From Vicinamibacteria bacterium (GTDB lineage Bacteria > Acidobacteriota > Vicinamibacteria > Marinacidobacterales > Marinacidobacteraceae), in contig CAXXLQ010000004.1 in the NCBI GenBank assembly GCA_963668695.2, positions 704,001-768,000 of the forward strand: 64,000 bases of DNA, in the 5' to 3' direction. This document shows, piece after piece, positions 19,251-28,133 of this stretch. The translations under genes were made by a program, and so were the position numbers. The number at the start of each line of letters is the position of its first letter. Within the stretch, counting starts at the first letter, position 1. The notes under the pieces are model-generated. The model did no database searches and was not told the DNA's origin. It worked only from the letters and a program-made list of their open reading frames with translations.

Positions 19251-20666
19251 GTGTCCGAAAGCCAGACCAGTGCCCTCGCACAACTCCCCGCGGTGGGACG
19301 GCTTCTCGAAACGCCGCGCTTCCGGACCCTCTCCGCCACCTTCGGGCGGCCGCTGGTTACCGCCGCGCTGCGGGCGGAGATTTCCGAACTTCGCCGGGCA
19401 GTGCGCGCGGCGGCCGTTCCGGGGAGCTTCTCCCGCGATCCTGAAGTCTGGCTCGCCTCCGCGGTGCAGTCACGGCTCGAGCGAGCCGCCGGGCCCGACC
19501 TCCGGCGGGTAATCAACGCCACCGGAGTCGTCGTCCACACCAACCTCGGAAGGGCGCCGCTTTCCGAGCGCGCCGCCCAGGCCGTGTTCCGCGTCGCGAT
19601 CGGCTATTCCGACCTCGAATTCGATCTCGCTACCGGTGCCCGGGGAAGTCGCCAACAGCACCTCGCCGGGCTGTTCGAGGCCATGTTTCCGGGGAGGGCG
19701 TCGGTGGTCACCGGAAACGCCGCCGGCGGCGTGCTGCTGGCGCTTGACACCCTCGCCGCCGGGAAAGACGTAGTCGTGTCGCGCGGGGAATTGGTCGAGA
19801 TCGGGGATTCCTTCCGCATCCCGGACATCCTCAAGAAGAGCGGGGCGCGGCTCGCCGAAGTGGGAACGACGAACCGCACCCGCGCTGACGACTACCGGCG
19901 AGCCATAACCGAAAGTGACGGCGAGGTAGGGGCGCTGCTCAAGGTCCACCAATCCAACTTCCGGATCGTCGGCTTCACCGAGGCAACTCCCACTGCCGAC
20001 CTGGTGGCGCTGGGAGCGGAGTTCGGAATTCCGGTCATCGAGGACTTCGGAAGCGGCAACCTGCAACCGCTGGCGGAGTTCGGAGTGGAGGGTGCGGAGG
20101 ACGAGCCCACCCTCGCCGACCGCGTGGCGTCGGGGGCGGATCTCGTGATCTTCTCCGGAGACAAGCTGTTCGGAGGCCCCCAGGCCGGCATTCTACTGGG
20201 TACCCCGGAGGCGATCCGGGCCTGCCGCCAGAACCCGCTCGCCCGGGCTCTCCGCCCCGACAAGATGGCGATCGCCGGCCTGCAGGCAACGCTTTGGAGC
20301 CATCTCACCGGGCGCGCCTCCCGCGAGATTCCCGTCATCCGGGCCATCGCGCGGCCCCTCGAAGCGATCGAAGCCGCGGCCCGGCGCATTGGATCGGCAT
20401 TGAACCCGAGCGCCGGGTGGCAGGTGGAGATCGTCCCGGAGACCTCGCGGATCGGCGGAGGAGCCGCCCCCGGAGCCGGACTCCCGACGCACTGTCTTGC
20501 CCTCGACTGCACCGGCCGCCCGGCGGAAGAAATCCGCCAGCGCCTTCTCGGGTGCGAGCCGCCGGTCGTCTCCCGGATCGTGAAGGACCGGGTGCTCCTC
20601 GACCTTCGCACCGTCGCCGAGGACGAGACCGACGAACTGCTGGCGGCGCTGAACAGCCTGTGGTGA
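19251..20666 (+). CDS. selA: L-seryl-tRNA(Sec) selenium transferase
   Basis: RRVINATGVVVHTNLGRAPL, VSRGELVEIGDSFRIPD, EVGTTNRT, FSGDKLFGGPQAG. Confidence 0.95.
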   Translation: MSESQTSALAQLPAVGRLLETPRFRTLSATFGRPLVTAALRAEISELRRAVRAAAVPGSFSRDPEVWLASAVQSRLERAAGPDLRRVINATGVVVHTNLGRAPLSERAAQAVFRVAIGYSDLEFDLATGARGSRQQHLAGLFEAMFPGRASVVTGNAAGGVLLALDTLAAGKDVVVSRGELVEIGDSFRIPDILKKSGARLAEVGTTNRTRADDYRRAITESDGEVGALLKVHQSNFRIVGFTEATPTADLVALGAEFGIPVIEDFGSGNLQPLAEFGVEGAEDEPTLADRVASGADLVIFSGDKLFGGPQAGILLGTPEAIRACRQNPLARALRPDKMAIAGLQATLWSHLTGRASREIPVIRAIARPLEAIEAAARRIGSALNPSAGWQVEIVPETSRIGGGAAPGAGLPTHCLALDCTGRPAEEIRQRLLGCEPPVVSRIVKDRVLLDLRTVAEDETDELLAALNSLW

Positions 20667-20750
20667 AACCGCCCCTGAAGGCGAATGAGCGGACCAATGA
20701 CAAGGCTGGATCCGGCCGGCCGACAAAGTACCCTTCCCGGACCAATCTTC

Positions 20751-21002
20751 ATGGTTCCTGCCTCCGAACACTCCGGCCGGGTTGATTCCCGCGGCTTGGC
20801 CGGCGAGCTGTTCATCAATGGGAAAGAGCGCCCGGTGCCGCATCCCGCTTCGGTGCGGGGCGCCCTCGAGGCGCTCGGACTCGCGACCCGCCCGGTGGCC
20901 GTCGAGTTGAACGGAACCCTGGTGCGGCGAGCCGATCAGGAGACCACCGTCCTGAAGCCAGGGGACCGGGTGGAAATCGTGAGTTTCGTGGGGGGTGGCT
21001 GA
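20751..21002 (+). CDS. thiS: Sulfur carrier protein ThiS
   Basis: [22 protein letters not shown] with C-terminal GG, directly upstream of thiG. Start uncertain. Confidence 0.9.
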   Translation: MVPASEHSGRVDSRGLAGELFINGKERPVPHPASVRGALEALGLATRPVAVELNGTLVRRADQETTVLKPGDRVEIVSFVGGG

Positions 21003-21786
21003 GTTGCCTTCAGTCGGAGATGCCCCGCTCTCGCTCGGCGGCCACACCTTCAAATCCCGCCTGATCCTCGGGACCGGCAAGTACTCCTCGCTCCCGTTGA
21101 TGCGGGACTGTCACGCCGCATCGGGGTGCGAGATGGTGACGGTGGCCGTCCGCCGGGTGGACCTCGACGCCGAGGAGACCCTGCTCGACTACATCCCCCG
21201 GGACCGCTACACGCTGCTTCCCAACACCGCCGACTGCTTCACTGCCGCGGAAGCAATCCGCACCGCACACCTCGCCCGCGAGGCGGGGCTTTCGAACTGG
21301 ATCAAGCTCGAAGTCATCGGCGACCGGAAAACGCTGTACCCCGACACCGAGGAACTCCTCATCGCGACCCGCGAGCTCGTCGCCGACGGTTTCGTGGTGC
21401 TCCCGTACACGAGCGACGACGTGGTGGTTGCCCGGAAACTCGAGCAGGCCGGCGCCGCCGCGGTAATGCCGCTGGGGGCTCCCATCGGATCCGGCCTCGG
21501 GATCCAGAATCGCAACAACATCGCCCTCATCCGGGAAGCCGTCTCCGTGCCGGTCATCGTGGACGCTGGCGTTGGAACGGCCTCCGATGCGGCGGTGGCC
21601 ATGGAACTGGGCGCCGACGGGGTCCTCCTGAACACCGCGGTGGCGGCCGCCCGGGATCCCCTGAAAATGGCCCAGGCCATGCGCCTCGCGATCGAAAGCG
21701 GACGACTTTCGTGGCTCGCGGGACGCATGCCGCGCCGTCGCTACGCGACCGCGTCGTCGCCTCCGGCGGACTCTCCGCTGATCTGA
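20995..21786 (+). CDS. thiG: Thiazole synthase
   Basis: [41 protein letters not shown]. Confidence 0.97.
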   Translation: MAELPSVGDAPLSLGGHTFKSRLILGTGKYSSLPLMRDCHAASGCEMVTVAVRRVDLDAEETLLDYIPRDRYTLLPNTADCFTAAEAIRTAHLAREAGLSNWIKLEVIGDRKTLYPDTEELLIATRELVADGFVVLPYTSDDVVVARKLEQAGAAAVMPLGAPIGSGLGIQNRNNIALIREAVSVPVIVDAGVGTASDAAVAMELGADGVLLNTAVAAARDPLKMAQAMRLAIESGRLSWLAGRMPRRRYATASSPPADSPLI

Positions 21787-21797
21787 AGACAGGCCCC

Positions 21798-22553
21798 GTG
21801 CCGCAGGCCTCCCGAAGAAAGGCCGCGACCGGCGAGAACGGAAATACCGAAGAGAGTCGGGCGGCGGAAAACGCCCTGCGGCGGCGGACCCAGAGGATTG
21901 CTCGGGTGCTCGCCAACGAGTACTCGGCGGCCGAGTGCGCTCTCACTCACGAGTCGGTCCTTCAACTCCTGATCGCCACCATCCTCTCCGCGCAGTGCAC
22001 CGACCGGCGGGTAAACATGGTGACCCCCGCGCTCTTCGCCCGCTACCCGACGGTTTCGGATTTCGCCGACGCGGACCCTGACGAACTGGAGGAACTGATC
22101 CATTCCACCGGGTTCTTCCGGAACAAGACGCGTTCCATCATGGGCGCCTGCCAGCGAATCCGCGACGAGTACGGGGGCGAAGTGCCGGACACCATGGAGA
22201 CCCTGCTCACCCTGCCCGGGGTGGCCCGCAAGACCGCCAACGTCGTGCTCGGCACGTGGTTCGGAAAGAACGAGGGGGTAGTCGTGGATACGCATGTCTT
22301 CCGCATCGCCCACCGCCTGGGTCTGGCTCCCAAGAAGAACACCTCCCATACGGAGCAGCGGCTGATGGCGCTCGTCCCCCGCCGGGAATGGACGAACTTC
22401 AGTCACCGGGTCATCCTCCACGGTCGCGCAATATGTTCGGCCCGCAGCCCGGATTGCCGTTCCTGCGCGCTCGAGACGATGTGCCCGAAGAACGGGGTCG
22501 AGTCCGCCGCGGGGCCGCGCGAGACCGCCGGGCGCGCCAGACGAATCACCTGA
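21798..22553 (+). CDS. nth: Endonuclease III
   Basis: LIATILSAQCTD, HhH motif LPGVARKTANVV, VDTHV, and the Cx6Cx2Cx5C 4Fe-4S motif. Confidence 0.95.
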   Translation: MPQASRRKAATGENGNTEESRAAENALRRRTQRIARVLANEYSAAECALTHESVLQLLIATILSAQCTDRRVNMVTPALFARYPTVSDFADADPDELEELIHSTGFFRNKTRSIMGACQRIRDEYGGEVPDTMETLLTLPGVARKTANVVLGTWFGKNEGVVVDTHVFRIAHRLGLAPKKNTSHTEQRLMALVPRREWTNFSHRVILHGRAICSARSPDCRSCALETMCPKNGVESAAGPRETAGRARRIT

Positions 22554-22560
22554 GCGGAAC

Positions 22561-23043
22561 ATGACCGCGAAAAAGACCCTGTACCTGGCGAACCCGTATG
22601 GCTTTTCATTGCAGCAGCGCGAGGGACCACTCGCCGCGCTGGTGAAGGCGCTCGAAGCCCTGGGCGCCGAGGTCTGGGAACCGTTCGCCCGCAACAACCA
22701 ACTGGATCGAGCGTCCCCCGGCTGGGCTTACCGGATCGGACAGGCCGATCTCCGCGATGTCCGGGACGCCGACGGGCTCTTCGCGGTGGTGAACGGCTGC
22801 CCCCCGGACGAGGGGGTGATGGTGGAACTCGGGATGGCGATCGCCTGGAAGAAGCCGGTGTTCCTGTTCCGGGACGATTTCCGCCGCTGCACCGACAGCG
22901 AGGCCTACCCGCTCAACCTGATGGTGTTCGCCGGCCTCCCCGAGACTGGCTGGGAAACATTCTGGTACCGCTCCGTCGCAGAGATCGACGACCCGGAGAA
23001 GGCGCTCGCCCGCTGGCTCCAAGCGGAACCAGCGCGCGATTAG
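22561..23043 (+). CDS. Nucleoside 2-deoxyribosyltransferase family protein
   Basis: LYLANP..DLRDVRDAD..DEGVMVELGMAIAWKKPV..NLM pattern. Confidence 0.8.
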   Translation: MTAKKTLYLANPYGFSLQQREGPLAALVKALEALGAEVWEPFARNNQLDRASPGWAYRIGQADLRDVRDADGLFAVVNGCPPDEGVMVELGMAIAWKKPVFLFRDDFRRCTDSEAYPLNLMVFAGLPETGWETFWYRSVAEIDDPEKALARWLQAEPARD

Positions 23044-23095
23044 CCTTCAGATCCGCTTCGAGCGGCGGGTTGCGGCCTGCCCTTACCATGGCGCG

Positions 23096-24136
23096 ATGCG
23101 GCTGGGGCTCAAGCTCGGTTACCTGACGACCGGGTCGCCCGACCCGGTCGTGCTCGCGGTACGCGCGGAGGCGGCGGGATTCGATTCCGTCTGGGTGTCC
23201 GAAGCGTGGGGCGCCGACGGGGTCAGCGTGCTGGCCTACGTGGGAGCCGGTACGGAGCGCGTGACCCTGGGGACCGCGATCCTTCCCATCGGCTCGCGCA
23301 GCCCGGCGCTGCTGGCGCAGACCGCGGCGACGCTGGACATCCTCAGTGGGGGACGCCTGGTCCTGGGTCTTGGCGTATCCGGCCCGCAGGTGATGGAGGG
23401 CTGGCACGGTGCGCCGTTCTCCCGGCCCGTGACCCGCACCCGCGAGACCGTGGAGATTGTCCGGCAGATTCTGCGGCGGGAAGAGAAGCTGGCGTACGAG
23501 GGCCAAACGGTACGTCTGCCGCTTTCCGGCGGGACCGGGCTCGGCAAACCGCTGAAGCTCATGCTGCGGCCGCGCCGGTCGGAGATTCCGATCTACGTTG
23601 CCTCGATCGGCCCGCAGAACACTGCGCTCACCGCCGAGATAGCGGACGGATGGCTACCCATTCTCTACTCGCCGGAAAAAGCGGCGGACGCGTTCGGTCC
23701 GGCGCTGGCCGCGGGCACGGCGAAACGGGATCGGCCGGCCCCGCTCGATGTCGCCCCCATGCTCGACACCGCGGTCGGCGAGGATCTGCCCCGCCTCCGC
23801 GACCAGTTGCGGCCGGGAATCGCCCTCTACGTCGGAGGCATGGGGGCGCGCAGCAAGAACTTCTACAACGATCTCGCCCGGAGTTACGGATACGAGGCCC
23901 AAGCGAGGGCGATCCAGGATCTGTTTCTCGACGGCAGAAAGGAAGAAGCAGCCGCGGCGGTTCCCGACGCATTCGTGGATGAAGTGTGCCTGGTCGGCAC
24001 GGAATCGAGGATCGCGGAACGGATCGCCGCCTACCGGGAATCCGGGGTCACGACCCTGATCGTCGCGCCGCCGGTGAACGAAGAGGGCCAGCCCGCGCCC
24101 GGCGGGCTGGACATCCTGCGACGCGCCGGCGCCTGA
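23096..24136 (+). CDS. LLM-class, probably F420-dependent, oxidoreductase
   Basis: AEAAGFDSVWVSEAWGAD, TLDILSGGRLVLGLGVSGPQV, ALYVGGMG..NFY. Confidence 0.85.
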   Translation: MRLGLKLGYLTTGSPDPVVLAVRAEAAGFDSVWVSEAWGADGVSVLAYVGAGTERVTLGTAILPIGSRSPALLAQTAATLDILSGGRLVLGLGVSGPQVMEGWHGAPFSRPVTRTRETVEIVRQILRREEKLAYEGQTVRLPLSGGTGLGKPLKLMLRPRRSEIPIYVASIGPQNTALTAEIADGWLPILYSPEKAADAFGPALAAGTAKRDRPAPLDVAPMLDTAVGEDLPRLRDQLRPGIALYVGGMGARSKNFYNDLARSYGYEAQARAIQDLFLDGRKEEAAAAVPDAFVDEVCLVGTESRIAERIAAYRESGVTTLIVAPPVNEEGQPAPGGLDILRRAGA

Positions 24137-24139
24137 GCG

Positions 24140-24733
24140 GTGACAGACGGGATGGTCCTCCTTGTCCTGCTCACCACCTTTTGCGGGCTGACCGCGATGC
24201 GGGCGGTGCTCGTCTACCGGAGAACCGGAATCAATCCGGTGAAGCTGCGAGCGGACGACTCCATCAGCGGCGTCATGGACCGGATTCTGAAAGTGTCCCT
24301 CGCGATCTGGGTGCTCATCAGCCTGGTGTACGCGTTCGCGCCCGCCGTGAAACCGTGGTTCGCGCCCATCGCCTACCTGGAGACCGGAGCCACCCACGCG
24401 GCTGGCGCGGCGCTCGCCGCGGCGGCAACCCTTTGGATCGGAATCGCTCAGGTTCACATGTCGGGATCATTTCGGATGGGGGTCGATCCTTCGGAGAAGA
24501 CGAGACTCGTCCGCCACGGACTGTTTTCGCGGTCGAGGAACCCCATCTACCTCGGCATCCTGGCGGCGGTCTGCGGGTTCTTTCTGATGGCGCCGAACGC
24601 GCTCAGCTTCGGCGCGACCGTCGCTGCCTTCGTCGGGATTCCAGTCCAGGTCCGGCTGGAGGAGGAATACCTCCTCTCCAAGCACGGGGAGGCCTATTCC
24701 GAGTACCGGTCCTCGGTGCGCCGCTGGATCTGA
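24140..24733 (+). CDS. Isoprenylcysteine carboxylmethyltransferase/PEMT family membrane protein
   Basis: LVRHGLFSRSRNPIYLG, EEEYL..HGEAY..Y..VRRW. Confidence 0.82.
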   Translation: MTDGMVLLVLLTTFCGLTAMRAVLVYRRTGINPVKLRADDSISGVMDRILKVSLAIWVLISLVYAFAPAVKPWFAPIAYLETGATHAAGAALAAAATLWIGIAQVHMSGSFRMGVDPSEKTRLVRHGLFSRSRNPIYLGILAAVCGFFLMAPNALSFGATVAAFVGIPVQVRLEEEYLLSKHGEAYSEYRSSVRRWI

Positions 24734-24767
24734 CCCGGGAACTTGCAGCGTCATCCAGCCCAATGGC

Positions 24768-24823
24768 AGCGTGCGTTTCGCCCGCCTCCGGCGGGCGATG
24801 CCGGTGTGAACACCGGCGTTCCC
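24768..24823. repeat. REP-like double hairpin, family B
   Basis: TCGCCCGCC-TCC-GGCGGGCGA-T-GCCGGTG-TGAA-CACCGGC-GTTCCC. Relatives at ~12672, 16650, 17015, 37553, 41375, 55972, 62375. Confidence 0.75.
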
Positions 24824-24870
24824 TCACCGGCCGAACCGTCCGGATGAGGAGCGTTGTCCCGTCGCAGTAA

Positions 24871-25728
24871 CTACCGCAGGGGAAGGGCGCCCTCGTAAAC
24901 CCGGGTCACGGGGCCTTCCATCAGCGGCGCGTCGCCCGTGAGGTCGATGTGGATGAGGTCCCCGCTCTCCACCCGGACCGGGACGACCGGGGGCCAGCCA
25001 CGGAAACGATGGGCGACGGTGACGGCCGCGCTGGCGCCGGTACCGCAGGCGAGGCACTCGGCCTCCACCCCGCGCTCGAAGGTCCGGAGCCGGATCTCCC
25101 CGGCGCGTTCGTCGAGCGCGATGCAGTTCGCGTTCGCCCCGGCGGGGAATGCGGGGTCATGTCGAATCGCGCTGCCCCGGCGCAGCACGTCCACGGCGCC
25201 GACATCGGAAACCACCTCGAGGACGTGGGGAACGCCCACCTCCAGCGCAAACAGTTCCGCCTCCCCGCCGGGAAGATCGGGAATACGGACTCGGCGAATG
25301 GGGCTGGGCTTCGCCATCACCACCCGAACCGTGGCGATCTCGTCAGGCCCGCGAGGAAGGATCTCGGCCGCGAGAACATCCGCCGGCGTCGCGATCGCCT
25401 GCCGGGAGCCCGCGGCGCCGATCTCCCGGGCGAACACCGCGGCGCACCGGGTTCCGTTGCCGCAAAGCTCCCCCTCGCTGCCGTCGGCGTTGAAGTAGCG
25501 CATCACGTAGTCGGCGCCGCCGGCATCCCTCGCACCTCCCGCGGAGGACTCGATCAGGATCAGACCGTCGGCGCCGACGCCCAGCTTCCGCCGGCACACC
25601 CGGCGGACCAGCGCCGGCTTCTCCGCTTCCATGAACCTCGCTTCCCGGTTGTCCACCAGCACGAAGTCGTTGCCGGCGCCGGACATCTTGACGAAGCGGA
25701 GGATGCCGGTCGGCACGGTCGAACTCAC
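24871..25728 (-). CDS. dapF: Diaminopimelate epimerase
   Basis: FVKMSGAGNDF, GADGLI, NADGS..LCGNG, RTFERGVE..LACGTG. The GTG start overlaps the selD stop. Confidence 0.95.
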   Translation of the reverse strand: MSSTVPTGILRFVKMSGAGNDFVLVDNREARFMEAEKPALVRRVCRRKLGVGADGLILIESSAGGARDAGGADYVMRYFNADGSEGELCGNGTRCAAVFAREIGAAGSRQAIATPADVLAAEILPRGPDEIATVRVVMAKPSPIRRVRIPDLPGGEAELFALEVGVPHVLEVVSDVGAVDVLRRGSAIRHDPAFPAGANANCIALDERAGEIRLRTFERGVEAECLACGTGASAAVTVAHRFRGWPPVVPVRVESGDLIHIDLTGDAPLMEGPVTRVYEGALPLR

Positions 25729-28004
25729 AACGGCCCGCCACGGATCGTAGCGACCGCGCCATCGTCCGAACGCGGGACTACGGTCCCTACCCGGACCACC
25801 CCGACATCCGCCTCCTGCAGGCGGCCGAGGAACTCCTCGGACCTCGCTTCCGGAATCCCGGCAAGGAAACCGCCGGCGGTCTGGGGATCGAAGAGCAGCT
25901 CGAACCGCGGGTGTTGTGACGCGCCGGGTTCGACCCGAACCGCTTTCACGATGTTCCGGTTCTGTTCGTGGGCAGTGCTCCGGAGACCCTGCCGCAGAAG
26001 CTCCTCCGCACCCGGCAACGCCGGGAGGGAGGAGACGTCCAACTCGGCGGACACCCCGCTCGCCCGCAGCATCTCGGAGAGGTGGCTCAGGAAGCCGAAG
26101 CCGGTGACGTCGGTGGCCGCCCGGATTCCCGCGGCGACCGCGGCTCGGGCCGCCGCCTCGTTTGGATCGACCATCTGGGCCGCCGCGGCCTGCAGCCACT
26201 CTCCCCGTCCCTGCCCGAGCATGACCCCCCGGAGCACCACTCCGCTGCCCAGCCGCTTGGTCAGGTAGAGACCGTCCCCGACCTCGAGCCCGTCAATGGT
26301 CAGGAGCCGCTCACCGATGGGGTGCCCCTCCACCGAGAACCCGACGGTCAGTTCCGGCCCCACGGTGGTGTGGCCGCCAAGCAACGACACACCCCGGGCG
26401 TCGAGGAGGGAGCGCGCTCCGGCGAGCACCTGGTAGAGGGTCTCCGCGCGCTGCTCGTCGGTTTCGCTCTCGGGAAGGTTCACGAGCGCCATCGCGTAGC
26501 GCGGCGCCGCCCCGGTGGCGAAGAGATCCGAAAGCGCGTTCGCCGCCGCCACCTTGCCGTTGAACCAGAGGTCTCCGCTGAACGCCTTGAACCAGTCCAC
26601 GCTCGAAACCACGATGTCGCCGCGCGGGGTGGCGAAGGCGGCGGCGTCGTCCGACTGCTCGAGACCGAGGCGAACCCGGCCGTTCCCGTCCCCGGGTCCC
26701 GTGCCCATGTCGTCCCGCAGCCGGCCGAGCGCCCGCTCGAGGGTTGTCTGGCCGGCCTTCGCGGCGCAGCCGCCGCAAACCATGGCCTCCATCGCGGTCC
26801 GGTCCATCCGGGAAAACTCGTCGGTGGTTGTGTGGTCGTCGTCGAGAACCTGGAACTTCCGCATGAACTTCCGGTCGATCCGGTCCTTGAGGCGCATCAC
26901 CCAGCGACCCTCGAAGGATCGTCCCCACTTGGCGCCGAGCGCGCTGCCGTCCCCCAGATTCAGCAGGGTCAGGAAATCCGGCTGTGGCCGGTAGCGGCGG
27001 AGCGGCCTTCCCCCGACGATCCGGCGCAGGTTCTCGGCGAGAAAGGGACCCTGCCGCACCGCGTAGACGCCGGCCTTGGGTGTCCCGGGCCAATCCTCGA
27101 GCGTGGCGCAATCGCCGACCGCGAAGATTCGCCCGTCGCCGACCGTCTGGAGCGTCGGCCGGGTGAGGACGAAGCCCCGATCATCGAGCGGCAACCCCGC
27201 ATCGCGAAAGACATCAAGGCTTCCGGCGCCTACGGCCCAGATCAGGGAGTCGGCGTGCAGGGACTCGCCGTCTTCCAGCCGAACCCGACCCGCTTCAGCC
27301 GCCGCGACCATCGCTCCGGTACGGATCAAGATCCCGCGGGCGGCGGCGTTCCGCCGGGCTCTCGCCGCGAGCGAGGCCGGAAACCCGGTGAGGATCTCCG
27401 GAAGCGCCTGGAGCAGGGTTATCCGGAGCGGTGTCTCACGCCCCGCCCGCCGGGCGGCCGAAAGCAGCCGCTCCCGCACCGTGAACGCGAGCTCGACGCC
27501 GCCGGCGCCGCCGCCCGCCACCACGACCTCGAAAGGGCGGTCGGCGGCGTGGGCGAGGAACGCTTCGGAAAGGCTCCCGATCTCCCGAACCAGGCGGGCG
27601 ATCGGGCGGGTGGCCCGAGCCCACTCGCGGACGCCGGGAAGGTCGAGGCCGGCGACGGTGCTCCCGATGTCGAAGGAGACGAAGTCGTAGGCCACCGGCG
27701 GTCGCCCTTCGAGCCGGACCCGGCGAGATTCCGGATCTACCCCCACGGCCGGAGTGAGCACGATCTCGGCGCCGGCCAGTCTCGCCAGCGGAACCACGTC
27801 CATTTCCAGTTCCGAGGCCCGGTACTGACCCGCCACGAATCCCGGAACCATTCCGGAATAGACCGCGACCGGGATGTCGAGGATCACGGTCACCCGGGCC
27901 TCAGGCCAGGGTCGCATCATCATCCGGCGGAGAATCTGGACGTGGGAATGACCGCCTCCGACGAGCACGACGTGGGGCCGATTGCCTGGGGTTTCGCGGA
28001 TCAT
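25725..28004 (-). CDS. selD: Selenophosphate synthetase fused to an N-terminal pyridine nucleotide-disulfide oxidoreductase domain
   Basis: N-terminal LVGGGHSH, YSGMVPG, GGGAGGVE, PKAGVYAVR. C-terminal CGGCAAK, DDAA, ALSDLFA, GGHT, DVTGFG, DPQTAGG. Confidence 0.92.
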   Translation of the reverse strand: MIRETPGNRPHVVLVGGGHSHVQILRRMMMRPWPEARVTVILDIPVAVYSGMVPGFVAGQYRASELEMDVVPLARLAGAEIVLTPAVGVDPESRRVRLEGRPPVAYDFVSFDIGSTVAGLDLPGVREWARATRPIARLVREIGSLSEAFLAHAADRPFEVVVAGGGAGGVELAFTVRERLLSAARRAGRETPLRITLLQALPEILTGFPASLAARARRNAAARGILIRTGAMVAAAEAGRVRLEDGESLHADSLIWAVGAGSLDVFRDAGLPLDDRGFVLTRPTLQTVGDGRIFAVGDCATLEDWPGTPKAGVYAVRQGPFLAENLRRIVGGRPLRRYRPQPDFLTLLNLGDGSALGAKWGRSFEGRWVMRLKDRIDRKFMRKFQVLDDDHTTTDEFSRMDRTAMEAMVCGGCAAKAGQTTLERALGRLRDDMGTGPGDGNGRVRLGLEQSDDAAAFATPRGDIVVSSVDWFKAFSGDLWFNGKVAAANALSDLFATGAAPRYAMALVNLPESETDEQRAETLYQVLAGARSLLDARGVSLLGGHTTVGPELTVGFSVEGHPIGERLLTIDGLEVGDGLYLTKRLGSGVVLRGVMLGQGRGEWLQAAAAQMVDPNEAAARAAVAAGIRAATDVTGFGFLSHLSEMLRASGVSAELDVSSLPALPGAEELLRQGLRSTAHEQNRNIVKAVRVEPGASQHPRFELLFDPQTAGGFLAGIPEARSEEFLGRLQEADVGVVRVGTVVPRSDDGAVATIRGGPL

Positions 28005-28133
28005 GGGCAGGGGTGGAACCGCCAGAGTATCCACAGGCAGACGCTCTCGGGAGTCGGCCATACAATGGCGGGTCCGGCGCTTCGCGAAACCGGGACATTT
28101 CACAGTCCCGTTTCGCAGCCGAGAGGAGACGAT

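Noticed and set aside
20667-20750. TPP riboswitch upstream of thiS-thiG
   Set aside because: The conserved GCTGAGA and CTGAT..TAAT..GCG..GGGA elements were not found.
26760-26790. Selenocysteine (UGA) in SelD
   Set aside because: The active-site motif is CGGCAAK with Cys codons. I did not recognise an in-frame UGA selenoprotein elsewhere, but no systematic SECIS search was possible.
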